The notes beneath the pieces were generated by a model. That model was not told the origin of the DNA. It searched no databases and saw only the letters and a list, made by a program, of their open reading frames with translations. A program made the position numbers and the translations under genes. From Candidatus Obscuribacteraceae bacterium (GTDB taxonomy: Bacteria; Cyanobacteriota; Vampirovibrionia; Obscuribacterales; Obscuribacteraceae): a stretch of DNA of 64,000 nucleotides. Positions 8,182 through 18,200 of this stretch are shown here, piece after piece (the first letter of the stretch is position 1; every line of letters begins with the position of its first letter). The DNA is taken from positions 128,001-192,000 of the forward strand of contig JBGAHS010000001.1 in assembly GCA_044226015.1 (NCBI GenBank), written 5' to 3'.

Positions 8182-11070
8182 ATGACCGTAAACATCAGGG
8201 CGGAGAAGGTGACAGGTTCAAAAGAGCAAACGGGACAAATAACCCTGCTTTTGCTAATGGCATGTAGCGTTCAGATAGTGCCGGCAAATGCGGCAGATTT
8301 TGCACACGCTCAAAAGGTCGTAGTTCCGGCGAGTTCTTACAACCGGCACATAGACTTCAGCTCAATTCGAGAGCAATATTCGAAAACTTCAAAGACAGCG
8401 ACCAGCACATCTAAATCTGGAGCCAAACCTGCTTCGAGCAAAACCGCTTCAGTGAAGACAGCCAGCAAGGCGCCAGTCAAAACAGTTGCAAGCGCAGCGC
8501 CGAAAACTGCTGCTCCTGTTAGCTCTGCGGCTCACTCCTCGAGCGCTGTGCACGCAGTTTCAAGCGCGTCTCATGCCGCTTCGACTGCCCCTAAGCCTTT
8601 GAGCAGCCGCACCTTGGGTGAACTGGCACAGTCATTCAAAGAAAAAGTTCCTTCGTCTCTTGTGACCAAAATGAAGGCTCAAGCTGAAGCTCTTCAGAAG
8701 AGTGGCAAGCTAGATGAAGCTCAAAGAGTTTGGACGAAGATTGTTCAGATGAAGCCAGAGGACAAGGCCGCACTCCAGCAGGTTGCCGCAGTATCTGTTC
8801 AACGAGCCAAAAACTACGTCAGCTCAAACAAGTTGCCAGAGGCTTTATTGGCAGCACGACAGGCTTTGGCTGCAAACCCATCTGACACAGAAGCTCATTC
8901 TTTGCTTTCTGATCTATATAAGAAGGTAGGAGTCGACCCCAACAATATCAACAGCCGCTTGCAAACGGCGCACAGTCTCTATTCGCAGGGACGCTATCAG
9001 GAAGCTGAAGTCGAGTATCGAGCTTCGCTGAATGTGAAAGCGACCCCTGATGCGCATATAGGCTTGGGCAAAGTCGCCCAGAAATTACAGGGTGACACGG
9101 CTGGCAAGGCTCATTTCGAGCATGCGTTGGAGCTGGACTCTAATAGTTCTGCGGCTCATCGAGAGCTTGGTGTTCATCATTTCAAATCGGGCGACCTTGT
9201 GTCTGCCAACTCTGAATTGAGTCGTGCGCTGATTTTAGACCCCAAAGACAAAGATGCAGGTCAGTCGTTGGTGAATCTATGGCAGGGGCAAGTGTCGAAG
9301 ATGCCGAATGCTAACTCACACCTGGGGCTGGCGCGTGCCTATCAGTTGAGTGGCGACTTGCCCTCGGCTCAGGCTGAGTACCGCGAAGTTGTTCGCATTG
9401 ATCCGAACCATCCATCTTTGGCAGCTGCAAGGCAGAGTTTCAAGATTGCCCTGGCGAAGCAACAGGCGGAAAAGGCCGTTACTGCCGCTAAGACTCTTGA
9501 GTCACAGGGTGTTATTAATGAAGCCTACCAGAAGATGACCGAGGCTGTTGGCTTTGCACCGGGTAATAGTGCCTACAAGATTTATCAAGGTGAACTGCTT
9601 GAGAAAATGGGGCAGACTGCGCAGGCGAAGCAAATTTATCTCACTGTTCTAAAGGATGACCCGCAGAATTTGACAGCGGTTCAGAAAATTAAGTCTCTCG
9701 GTTCAGTGGCGGTTGCAGCAGCTGCAACCGGACTTGGTGCTGCAGGGCTCGCTGGTGGAGGATTGAGCGCGGGCTTGCTTCCAGGTGGAAGCGGAGCCAT
9801 AGGTCAGCCATATGGATTTCCGGGAACAAAGTTTCCTCTCGATATGACTGCTGATTCAAGCATGCTGTCTGCAACGGGTGCTCAAGTTGACCATGTTGGC
9901 GTGCTCTCCAATTTCATGACTGATGTTCGTAACCACATGTTGACCACGAATGTCACAAACAAAAAGGCGGAAGATGCAGCGCATAAAATCATCAAGCAGT
10001 TGACAGACCCAGATCCTGAACCTGTTGCCAGCGGTGCAGGTGGTGGTGCCTCGGCTGCAGGGCAATCTGACGACGACATTATAAAGAAAATTTTGGCAAG
10101 TCCCTCTCCATCAGCAAGTGCATCGAGTTCATCTGCTGAGTCTGGAGCCGCTTCGGCTCTAGCAAGTGCTGCTGCTGCTCTGGCTGCTGCAAAAGGTGGT
10201 GCTGTAAGTTCACCTGCTGCAAGTTCGGCTGCGAAATCTGCACCATCTGCGGTGCCTGCGGCGACAAAGCCTTTGACGAAATCGTCTGCTTTGCCAAGCA
10301 CAAATAGCAATCAGCTTGCTGAGCTGCAAAGGCAGAACCAACAATTGCAAGAGCAATTGAAGTCTCTTCAAGCTCAGGCGCAAACAAATGCTATGCCGAT
10401 GCAGGCACCAGCAAATAGCATGGTTTCTGCTGGCGGAACGCAAGTTGGTGGATTTCCTCAAGTAGCTCCAAGCTTTAACCCCTCTTCGAGTCTTCCGGGA
10501 CAGTTGCCTTATGCAGCTGCATCAAGTCTTCCGGGACAGTTGCCTTATGCAGCTGCAGATAGTATTCCTGGACAATTACCTTATGCTGCAGATTCAACTC
10601 TGGCAATGGCATCTCCATTGGGTGCTGTTGCCGCTAATTCTTCGCTGCAACACGTGCCGGCGGGGTTTTCAGATTTTGCTGTTGCACCGCCGTCGGAAGC
10701 GACGGCGCCACAGTTGCGTGGTATGTCTTTAATTGGTAATTCTTCTTCGAGCCCTGTGAAATTTGAGTTGAAGAATATAAAACCCACATTGACTCATGTT
10801 CAGCTCAAAGTGGCTCTGACTAACGATTCTGGTTCTGCGCTCGAAATACCTGGAAATCTTCAGGCTGTTGTGAAATATCCAAATCAATCGGAATCTGAGA
10901 TGAAGATTGCGTTTGATTCGAAGACTGTGCCTGCTCATGGCGCGGTCGAGGGAGTCGTGAAAGTTCCATTCAATAAAGTGGATCCATCGGCTGATATGGT
11001 TTTGCGTAATCTGATTCCAAATCAGGAACTGCACATCATCAAGACTGGTGTGACAGTGGCTCAGCAATAA
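8182..11070 (+). CDS. Secreted TPR-repeat protein with low-complexity linker and C-terminal beta-sandwich-like domain
   Basis: Signal-like segment ending VPANA-A; many TPRs (AHIGLG, AHRELG, SHLGLARAY); Ala/Ser-rich linker; beta-rich C-terminus. Confidence 0.8.
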   Translation: MTVNIRAEKVTGSKEQTGQITLLLLMACSVQIVPANAADFAHAQKVVVPASSYNRHIDFSSIREQYSKTSKTATSTSKSGAKPASSKTASVKTASKAPVKTVASAAPKTAAPVSSAAHSSSAVHAVSSASHAASTAPKPLSSRTLGELAQSFKEKVPSSLVTKMKAQAEALQKSGKLDEAQRVWTKIVQMKPEDKAALQQVAAVSVQRAKNYVSSNKLPEALLAARQALAANPSDTEAHSLLSDLYKKVGVDPNNINSRLQTAHSLYSQGRYQEAEVEYRASLNVKATPDAHIGLGKVAQKLQGDTAGKAHFEHALELDSNSSAAHRELGVHHFKSGDLVSANSELSRALILDPKDKDAGQSLVNLWQGQVSKMPNANSHLGLARAYQLSGDLPSAQAEYREVVRIDPNHPSLAAARQSFKIALAKQQAEKAVTAAKTLESQGVINEAYQKMTEAVGFAPGNSAYKIYQGELLEKMGQTAQAKQIYLTVLKDDPQNLTAVQKIKSLGSVAVAAAATGLGAAGLAGGGLSAGLLPGGSGAIGQPYGFPGTKFPLDMTADSSMLSATGAQVDHVGVLSNFMTDVRNHMLTTNVTNKKAEDAAHKIIKQLTDPDPEPVASGAGGGASAAGQSDDDIIKKILASPSPSASASSSSAESGAASALASAAAALAAAKGGAVSSPAASSAAKSAPSAVPAATKPLTKSSALPSTNSNQLAELQRQNQQLQEQLKSLQAQAQTNAMPMQAPANSMVSAGGTQVGGFPQVAPSFNPSSSLPGQLPYAAASSLPGQLPYAAADSIPGQLPYAADSTLAMASPLGAVAANSSLQHVPAGFSDFAVAPPSEATAPQLRGMSLIGNSSSSPVKFELKNIKPTLTHVQLKVALTNDSGSALEIPGNLQAVVKYPNQSESEMKIAFDSKTVPAHGAVEGVVKVPFNKVDPSADMVLRNLIPNQELHIIKTGVTVAQQ
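10486..10593 (+). repeat. Intragenic 36-bp tandem repeat x3 (SSLPGQLPYAAA)
   Basis: Units start at 10486, 10522 and 10558. Confidence 0.85.
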
Positions 11071-11073
11071 TTT

Positions 11074-11312
11074 TCACTTAGCCCCGGCTTTTACAAGTAA
11101 CTGTATTATTTTTTTCGCGCTCGATCTTGGATGCATGGCTTCCTGTGCCGCTGCGTCCTGAGCTGGCTTTAGCTAGCCTGATTGGCGAAGTGCCTGCGGC
11201 ATTCTTGAGATTTACATCCGCAGCATGCGCAATCAATGCTTCAACTGCGCCTGTGCAACGAGAGCGTACTGCTCGATGAATCGGAGCTACTCCGCTTTGA
11301 CTCGTTGGGATC
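11074..11312 (-). pseudogene. Ankyrin-repeat gene remnant (C-terminal fragment, frameshifted)
   Basis: Minus strand reads DPN../SGVAPIHRAVRSRCTGAVEALIAHAADVNLKNAAGTSPIRLAKASSGRSGTGSHASKIERE/KIIQLLVKAGAK*. There is a +1 shift in a T7 run (11109-11115) and no start codon. Confidence 0.7.
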
Positions 11313-11435
11313 CGTATTGAATCCCCCGGTTAAAGTGACCGGAATTCTTGTGCTGCAAGGGCTTTACATTTAAGTGCGTAAGCTCAGGGAACGGGTACAA
11401 AGTGCTAGAAAGTTCCTGTCTTTGAAAGGTTCTAC

Positions 11436-13295
11436 ATGTCAGCAAGGGGTTTGCGCTTATTAATATCGGTCATGCTTGTTTTTGGGATTTTCGTCTACAT
11501 TCTTTCGACCCAAATGAATGCGCTAGTTCCGGTGAAGTCTGCTGATGAAGGATTGCTCGGCGGTCCACTGCCGGGCTTGACCAAGTGGCAATTGGAAAAA
11601 TTCAAGGAGGGAAAAGAGCTTTTTGCGAAGAATTTTTCGCCGCAGGAAGGGCTTGGTCCTCTATATAACGGCAGCTCATGCGTTCAGTGCCATTCCGAAC
11701 CAATGATGAAGGCGCTTGACCCGGCTAAATCGTTGAGCAAAGATGATGCATCAGGAAAAGCTGTGGTGGCGAGTGGTGCTAGTAAGAATATGGGCTCGTC
11801 GAGTGATACTAAATCTGGTGTCATTGCTGAGGTGGGTAAGGCTGAGGAAAGCAAATCTAAGGCAGAATCAGATACTAGCAAATCGCTCAAATCGACTGAG
11901 AAGAATGCTGGTGAAAGTAAAGCTGGCGCTAAAGATGCTGTAAAAAACTCAGACACGCTGTCAGTGAAGAGCAAAGGCGAGAATGTTGATAGTCAAATCA
12001 AATCCTCTGCTAAAGAAGGTTCAAAAGCTTCCAAAGGTAGTGAGAAGGATAAGGTCAAAGGTGATGGCAGATTAAAAGGCGTCGACAAGAAGCCTGCTGT
12101 CACTGCAGGTGGTGGCGACTTGCCTTCGCCGGTTTTGTCGATGGAGCCAAGCTTTCCTGAGCTGGCACAACAGACCGTATACTTAGTGGCAAAGCGAGAC
12201 GAGAAAGGACGGTATGCAAGCGAGCCGATAAGTTCGTTGTTGAGTAAAGCCGAATTGAAAGACCTGGAGCGGATGATTCGTAAAGGTGGACCAATTCTCG
12301 TGCGCAAATCTATCAGTGAAGAAAAGCTGGTTGCTGTACCAGCTGATTGCAAGATTGATTCTGCCAAGAAATTGCCTGAAGGTACTGAATTCCTGTCGAA
12401 GCGTGTGGCTCATCAATTGTATGGACTGGGGTTGGTTGATAGTGTTGCAGATGGTGCCATTAACTATAATGCGGCCAGGCAGCGCATGCTCAAAAACGGA
12501 CCCCACGGTCGAGCAGTAGGACTTCAACGTACTTACTATGTAAATCCGACGTTTGGGCGCTTTGGTTCGAAGGCTCAATTTAGCTCTGTAATGAATTGCG
12601 TTGGAAACGAGATGGGCGTTAACCTTGGACTAAGTAATCCGCTGTTTCCGCATACACTTTCTCTTGCTGGGCTTGATGCAGAACCGCCATGTTTTAAGAC
12701 TTTAGCTGCATCACCCAATGACAAAGGCGCAACGCTGTTGAAAATCAATTTTTATTTGCTTACACTATCCCCGCCTCCCCGAGGACCTCGCAATCAGCAG
12801 GTCGAAAAGGGTGAACGTCTGTTTTCTAAAATGGGATGTGCTGTTTGCCATCTCCCCGAAATGAGAACACCGGAGAAGGTCATGGTGATGAATCCAGACG
12901 GCGATGTCGAGCAGGGGTTCGCGGGGTTGAGAGAGGCGCCTCCATTCATCTCAAGCGAGCAAAATCGTTTTGGCATATCTGCTGAGCCTAAGTGCATTGA
13001 GTTGCGAGCGCTGGAGAAAAAGGTATTTTATCCCTATTCTGATTTCCTTGTGCACGACATGGGCGCAGCTCTTGCAGACGGTGTTGCACAGAATGGCACT
13101 ACAGGCGGTGAATGGAAAACTGCTGCGCTATGGGGGCTGCGTCATCGAAAAGTTTACTTGCATGATGGACGGGCACGTACTTTGAACGCTGCTATCCAGG
13201 CACATGGTGGTGACGGTAAGCATGCCTCTGACGAGTTCGCTAAGCTCACTGATTCTGAAAAGGAATCGCTTACGGCATTTTTGCAGAGTCTTTAG
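11436..13295 (+). CDS. Di-heme oxidoreductase family protein (DHOR/DUF1111-like)
   Basis: N-terminal TM; GLGPLYNGSSCVQCH, GRFGSKA, MGCAVCH, YSDFLVHDMG, WKTAALWG and YLHDGRARTL motifs. Confidence 0.85.
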   Translation: MSARGLRLLISVMLVFGIFVYILSTQMNALVPVKSADEGLLGGPLPGLTKWQLEKFKEGKELFAKNFSPQEGLGPLYNGSSCVQCHSEPMMKALDPAKSLSKDDASGKAVVASGASKNMGSSSDTKSGVIAEVGKAEESKSKAESDTSKSLKSTEKNAGESKAGAKDAVKNSDTLSVKSKGENVDSQIKSSAKEGSKASKGSEKDKVKGDGRLKGVDKKPAVTAGGGDLPSPVLSMEPSFPELAQQTVYLVAKRDEKGRYASEPISSLLSKAELKDLERMIRKGGPILVRKSISEEKLVAVPADCKIDSAKKLPEGTEFLSKRVAHQLYGLGLVDSVADGAINYNAARQRMLKNGPHGRAVGLQRTYYVNPTFGRFGSKAQFSSVMNCVGNEMGVNLGLSNPLFPHTLSLAGLDAEPPCFKTLAASPNDKGATLLKINFYLLTLSPPPRGPRNQQVEKGERLFSKMGCAVCHLPEMRTPEKVMVMNPDGDVEQGFAGLREAPPFISSEQNRFGISAEPKCIELRALEKKVFYPYSDFLVHDMGAALADGVAQNGTTGGEWKTAALWGLRHRKVYLHDGRARTLNAAIQAHGGDGKHASDEFAKLTDSEKESLTAFLQSL

Positions 13296-13366
13296 TCGCT
13301 GGCGAAGACCACGCATTCCCGAACAGTTTGTGTGGGAGTGTGTTGGCGCTAGGAACTTAGATGAAT

Positions 13367-13597
13367 CTATTCTTCAAAATTTTCCCAGTAGTCGGTGCGT
13401 TCTTTCCATGCGCAACCATCGTTTCCGCAGATGAGAGTTACCCTTGCTCCGTGAGAATCGATTTCTTGAATATTGAAACCGTCGCGCACGGCATCAATGG
13501 TTTCTGCATATTTCTCAAATTTTGAAATTGGCTTCTTGCATTTAGGGCAAAATAATTTTTTGCCTTCCAAAGCGCTTTTGAATTCCTGCAGCGACAT
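13367..13597 (-). CDS. Small putative zinc-ribbon protein
   Basis: CPKC...CGNDGC; 76 aa; GGAA upstream of the ATG. Confidence 0.65.
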   Translation of the reverse strand: MSLQEFKSALEGKKLFCPKCKKPISKFEKYAETIDAVRDGFNIQEIDSHGARVTLICGNDGCAWKERTDYWENFEE

Positions 13598-13874
13598 ATT
13601 GGCTTCTATTCCTTTCCGAACCTTGTTTAGCCCATCAGTATACTCTGCATGCCAACTTTTTTCATAAGTAAGGCGATAAGTAAGGCGCTAAACCGTCCTG
13701 AATCGATAATGGTCAAGAGTCGGGGGCTATGTTCATCTAGACAGTTTGATAAGACCACCGTTCTTCCCGTGCCAGGATTTGCATACGCTAATGCAAATTC
13801 ATGTTTCGCCCCGAATATGACCCGAGACTGACCTTAATTTGCTCCTTAGCTGAACTAAAGTAGGCTGGTCGGGG

Positions 13875-14282
13875 TTGGAGATGAAGCTCATGATGAAGCT
13901 ATTGAAATTATTGTCCGTGGTAATTGCTATTGGCTCGCTATCCGCCTGCAGTGGATTCACGCTGGAAGAGAAGATTCATCTAGACAATGGGGTGACCCGC
14001 ACTGATGTTCCGAAATACCAGGCTACGCTTCTTGATTCAGAGTCACTGCACATAATTTCGGCGCAGACCTCACCCATTAACGTTACTACTGATGTGAAGC
14101 GTTGTCCTAATTCGCATTTACTTTGTGCGTCAGATCAAAATGGTTTTGAAGGTTTTTACAAAATTGGCGAAGCTAATAACATTGTTGAGTCTAAAGAAGT
14201 TGCCGTTGTAGTAACAGCAATCTTTCTGCTTATGGCTCTCGCAATAGCATTCAATGCTACAAGAATCATCGTGAGTTTATGA
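13875..14282 (+). CDS. Hypothetical lipoprotein with C-terminal TM helix
   Basis: Lipobox LSAC and hydrophobic C-terminus; start uncertain (ATG at 13881 or 13890). Confidence 0.55.
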   Translation: MEMKLMMKLLKLLSVVIAIGSLSACSGFTLEEKIHLDNGVTRTDVPKYQATLLDSESLHIISAQTSPINVTTDVKRCPNSHLLCASDQNGFEGFYKIGEANNIVESKEVAVVVTAIFLLMALAIAFNATRIIVSL

Positions 14283-15079
14283 AGCTGCCTGCTCCTCCTG
14301 GTTTGAGTATATATGGAGACGCAATTGTATTTTGCAACAATGGGAAATCTCTTGTTTGCAAAACTGATTCAGGGCTCGCGGTTTTTCCTGATATCAAGTC
14401 GCATCACTACATTACCATTGAGTGTCGTGTGCGTTGTCTGTTTTTAGATGCTGAATCCACCGATGTATTCATTTTGACTAGTGATGAGGGCAGTTCCAGT
14501 TATCGTCTGGACAAAATTAACGTTTTGAATGGCGCAACACAAAAGAATTTTTTCGAACTTGGTGAGTACAGCCAATCTGAGCTTCCGCCGTACAGGAAGT
14601 ATTTGTACGATGCGAAAAGCTCTCGTATTTTATTGCTTGGAGTAGCGTCGAAATCTTCAAGGCTTCTCGACTCAAATTCCGGAGAGGAAATCGCAAATTT
14701 CCAAACTGATGTTAGCGACGTCGATGTATTTGGAGGTGCTTCCGCTAATCGTTTTGCTTTGATGAATGGGCGTCTCTTCAACATGGCAAATGGGGAGTTG
14801 ATGAACATATTTTTTCTCAAGAATGCCAGGGCTGTAACGATAAGTGAGGACGGCAGCAAGTTATACATTGCAAATTTCGAAGGCGATGTTGAGCACCCCG
14901 CTGGTCGGCTAGTGGCTTTTAGCTTGGGAAAACGCGAAATCGTTGCTTCTGTTTCCTTCAAAAATACACCGCAGCAAATTCTGCCGTTAGCAGATCATAA
15001 GTTATTGGTTCTGAGTCAAACACAACCTTTCAATGCCTATCTTGGTCATTCGCATAGTTATGAGTTCAAGCTTAAATAG
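14279..15079 (+). CDS. Hypothetical beta-propeller (YncE/WD40-like) protein
   Basis: ATGA overlap with the upstream gene; repeats such as AVTISEDGSKLYIAN and TPQQILPLADHKLLV. Confidence 0.6.
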   Translation: MKLPAPPGLSIYGDAIVFCNNGKSLVCKTDSGLAVFPDIKSHHYITIECRVRCLFLDAESTDVFILTSDEGSSSYRLDKINVLNGATQKNFFELGEYSQSELPPYRKYLYDAKSSRILLLGVASKSSRLLDSNSGEEIANFQTDVSDVDVFGGASANRFALMNGRLFNMANGELMNIFFLKNARAVTISEDGSKLYIANFEGDVEHPAGRLVAFSLGKREIVASVSFKNTPQQILPLADHKLLVLSQTQPFNAYLGHSHSYEFKLK

Positions 15080-15249
15080 GGTTTCACACCCGTCTTCGAT
15101 ATGCGAGGCTGTCCGGACTTGCCTTGCTTTCTGCCGAGAAAGTGTTTCCTTCATGAGAGTAATTGTTATGTGTTTTGGATATTCATTCTGATACTATTTC
15201 TCATGGCGCCTGGCGTAGACAGGCTGTACTTCGACTACGGAAATAGAAT

Positions 15250-18200
15250 ATGAGCAAAGCCAAGTTTTACTGCACGCTTCTAGCGTTGATGCACATCTTT
15301 CCGCTTGCCGCGCGCGCGCAGGGGCGTCCTGGCTCGACTCTTACGCCTGCCACAAATTTGAATTTGTCATCTACGCAACAAAATGTTCCTGCTTCAAGTT
15401 CTGGTTCCATCATGGTTGGAGGTCATGCCAGCCACGGTTCGATCGTGGGTGCCACAACAGTTCCGATTGCTAAAGGGCAGCTACTCACGCCTGCTGAAAA
15501 CTTGGCTCTGTCGCAGGCTCTAGCCGGTACGCAGAGACTTATTCTCGACGCAACGGGCGCGGCAATTGCTGGGCGGGTTGCCGTGTCGCCGATGGTGAAT
15601 AATAATTCGATTTTTGTTGGAACTAGTCTCTCTTCAATTGTAGTGCCGAAGGGGGTAACTCTCAGTGCGATAGGTTTCAATGGTGGTTCGCCAATGAATG
15701 TCGCTGGAGACGCAAGTATTTCCGGAAAGGTCTACGCTCTGCAAACTCTTCCTGGTTTGAGCGCGGTTTTGAATTTTGCCAATGATTTGAGAGTAGAAGC
15801 TGGCGGAGTCTTAAGTGCGCTTGCTCCTGCTGGTGCAAGTTTCGCGGGTCTGTTCTCGTCTCAAAATCTCAACATCAATGTTGCGAATAATCTAGTAAAT
15901 GCAGGCACTATAAGGAGTGGCGGAGAGCTAAATCTAAATGTTGGTGGGGTTCTCTCAAATATTGCGACTGGGCAATCTGTTGGAACGCTGCAAGCTCAGA
16001 ACCTCAACATATTCAGTACCTCAGGGACCATTGTGAATTCTGGGTTGATGAATGCTCTCGACTCGGTTTCGATCACGACATCGAATGCAAGCGGCAGATT
16101 AAGCATAAACAACAATAGCGGAGTCATTCAAGCGCTCAACAGCATCGCGTTGGGCGGAGCTTCTAATTTGAGTGCCGTAAGTTTAAAGGTCGATGGAGGG
16201 AGTTTGCTCAGTGACCAGTTGAATATTGTCGCTGGAACTGGAACAGTCGAACTTTCTGTTAACAACATTTCAGGGCAGACGAACCTGTCTGCTGGATGCG
16301 CTTATGTTTATACAAAAGATGCTCCGATGCTGAGACTTGGCAAAATTGATATTTCTGGAGACCCGACGTTTTGGAATGCGGGAGGCGATGTCACCATTGG
16401 CGGTGACATCACATATTCGTCTGCTGACATAGGAATAATTGCTAGCAGAGACATCTATACGACAGGTGGCGGCACCTATAAGCTTGATTCCAACAGCTCA
16501 GGCACTGGCTCTGGTTCTATAACTCTTATTGCTGGTGCCAATATTACGACACCTGGTTCAGGGTCTGCCGACAATTCAACTACCGTAAGCTACAAGGGCG
16601 CAAGTAGCACCGGTGGTAACATCATTCTCGAAACTGGCGTGACAGATTCTTTCGGGAATACCTCCTCAGGTTCAGTTTCACTTATAAGCACCAGTAGTTC
16701 AGCAAACGCCGGCAACATTAAGCTGATTGCGTTCGGCAATAGTTCTCATGGTGGTGCCATTGCTGCGTCATCGACCGCATTGCAATCTTCCAGCGCTGCT
16801 GGAAACAATAACGGCAGTGTTACAGTTATCGGTGGTGATACGTCTGCTGAGAACATTGGCGTTCGTCTGGGTTCTGTTGATGCATCTGGTGGTACCGGTG
16901 TTGGTTCGGGAACTGTGGCTTTGGCTAATGCCTCAGTTAACGATAACGGTGGTGGTAGTGTTACTGATGGTGCCTTGACTGGCACATTCACCGCCGGTGC
17001 CTTGCAGACGGTTGGAGTTTCGACAGAGTCAATTGTGGCTTACGGAAACATCACTGTCTCAGCGGCTTCGTCGTCTATGACTATCAAGTCTGTGGCGAGC
17101 TCGACAGGCACTGTGACGCTTCAGAATAGTGGCGGGATAACTGTAACGAAGACGGTGCAAGCTGGCGGTGATGTTTTTGTAAGCGCGAACGGTGATTCCA
17201 ATTCGAAAATTTCAATTTCGTCAGGAGCTACAGTCAGCAGCAAGAGTGGAACTGTCACTTTAGACACCGCATACTTAGAAAATAACGGAGTTGTAGGCGG
17301 TGATGCTGCAACCGGCGTGAAGGTGCAAAACTCTAATGGCGTTTCGCTCTCCATCGCAGGTGTGGGCACATTGAACTCTGGCAAAGCAGGTTCTAACACC
17401 GCAATTTCAACGATTTTTCTCACACTGATTGATGGTATGAAGCAAACTGTTTCTAACGGAAATTCAGTGGCTATTTCTGCTGGCTACGCTCAGGTCAGCG
17501 GGACATCAGAGTTTGTAGGCACGGGCAAATTGACAATGCCTGGTTTGGCCAATGCCACTGGAGATGGAACCCTAAAAACTGGTGGCGATGCTGATATTGC
17601 GTTGGGTGACTTTGCAAGTGTTACTCTTGGCGTTGCGCTGTATGCTCAGGGAACAATAAACATTAGGCTTAATAGTGGCTTTGAAAGCTCCAAACCTGCG
17701 GGCACCACTTTTCTTGCGTCTGACAAACAAATCAATATTGAGCTCGCGTGTTGTTCTTCAATCTACGGGGTCAGTGCACCAGAAATTTCCTTTGATGTAA
17801 GCAGTAATATAGATTTATTGATCACCACGCCTGGCACCACAACGATCGCAGGTAATTTTAATGATAACGGCGGAAATATCCGTTCCAACAACAGCGTCAT
17901 TGTTGGAACCGTGAATGGTATCAACGGGATTACCAACGTCAATCAAATTTTGTTTATCGACACATCGTTAGGGACTGGTTCTCTTACGGTGAATCAGCCA
18001 GTTAGTCCGAGTGGTGAGACCATACTAAATTTGAGTTCTGCGGACTTGACCATCAACGTGCCAATTACCGGCTATCACAGTGTCGGTCTGGTTGGTGATT
18101 CAATTAAGCTGGGTGCTTCAGCTTTTATATCCACAACTCATGCTGTTGGAATTGCACCTTTAACCGCGGGACGTGACGTGTCTCTGAATGGCTCTGCACC

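Noticed and set aside
11255..11345. Structured ncRNA suggested by several hairpins
   Set aside because: The region is better explained as a decayed ankyrin coding sequence on the minus strand
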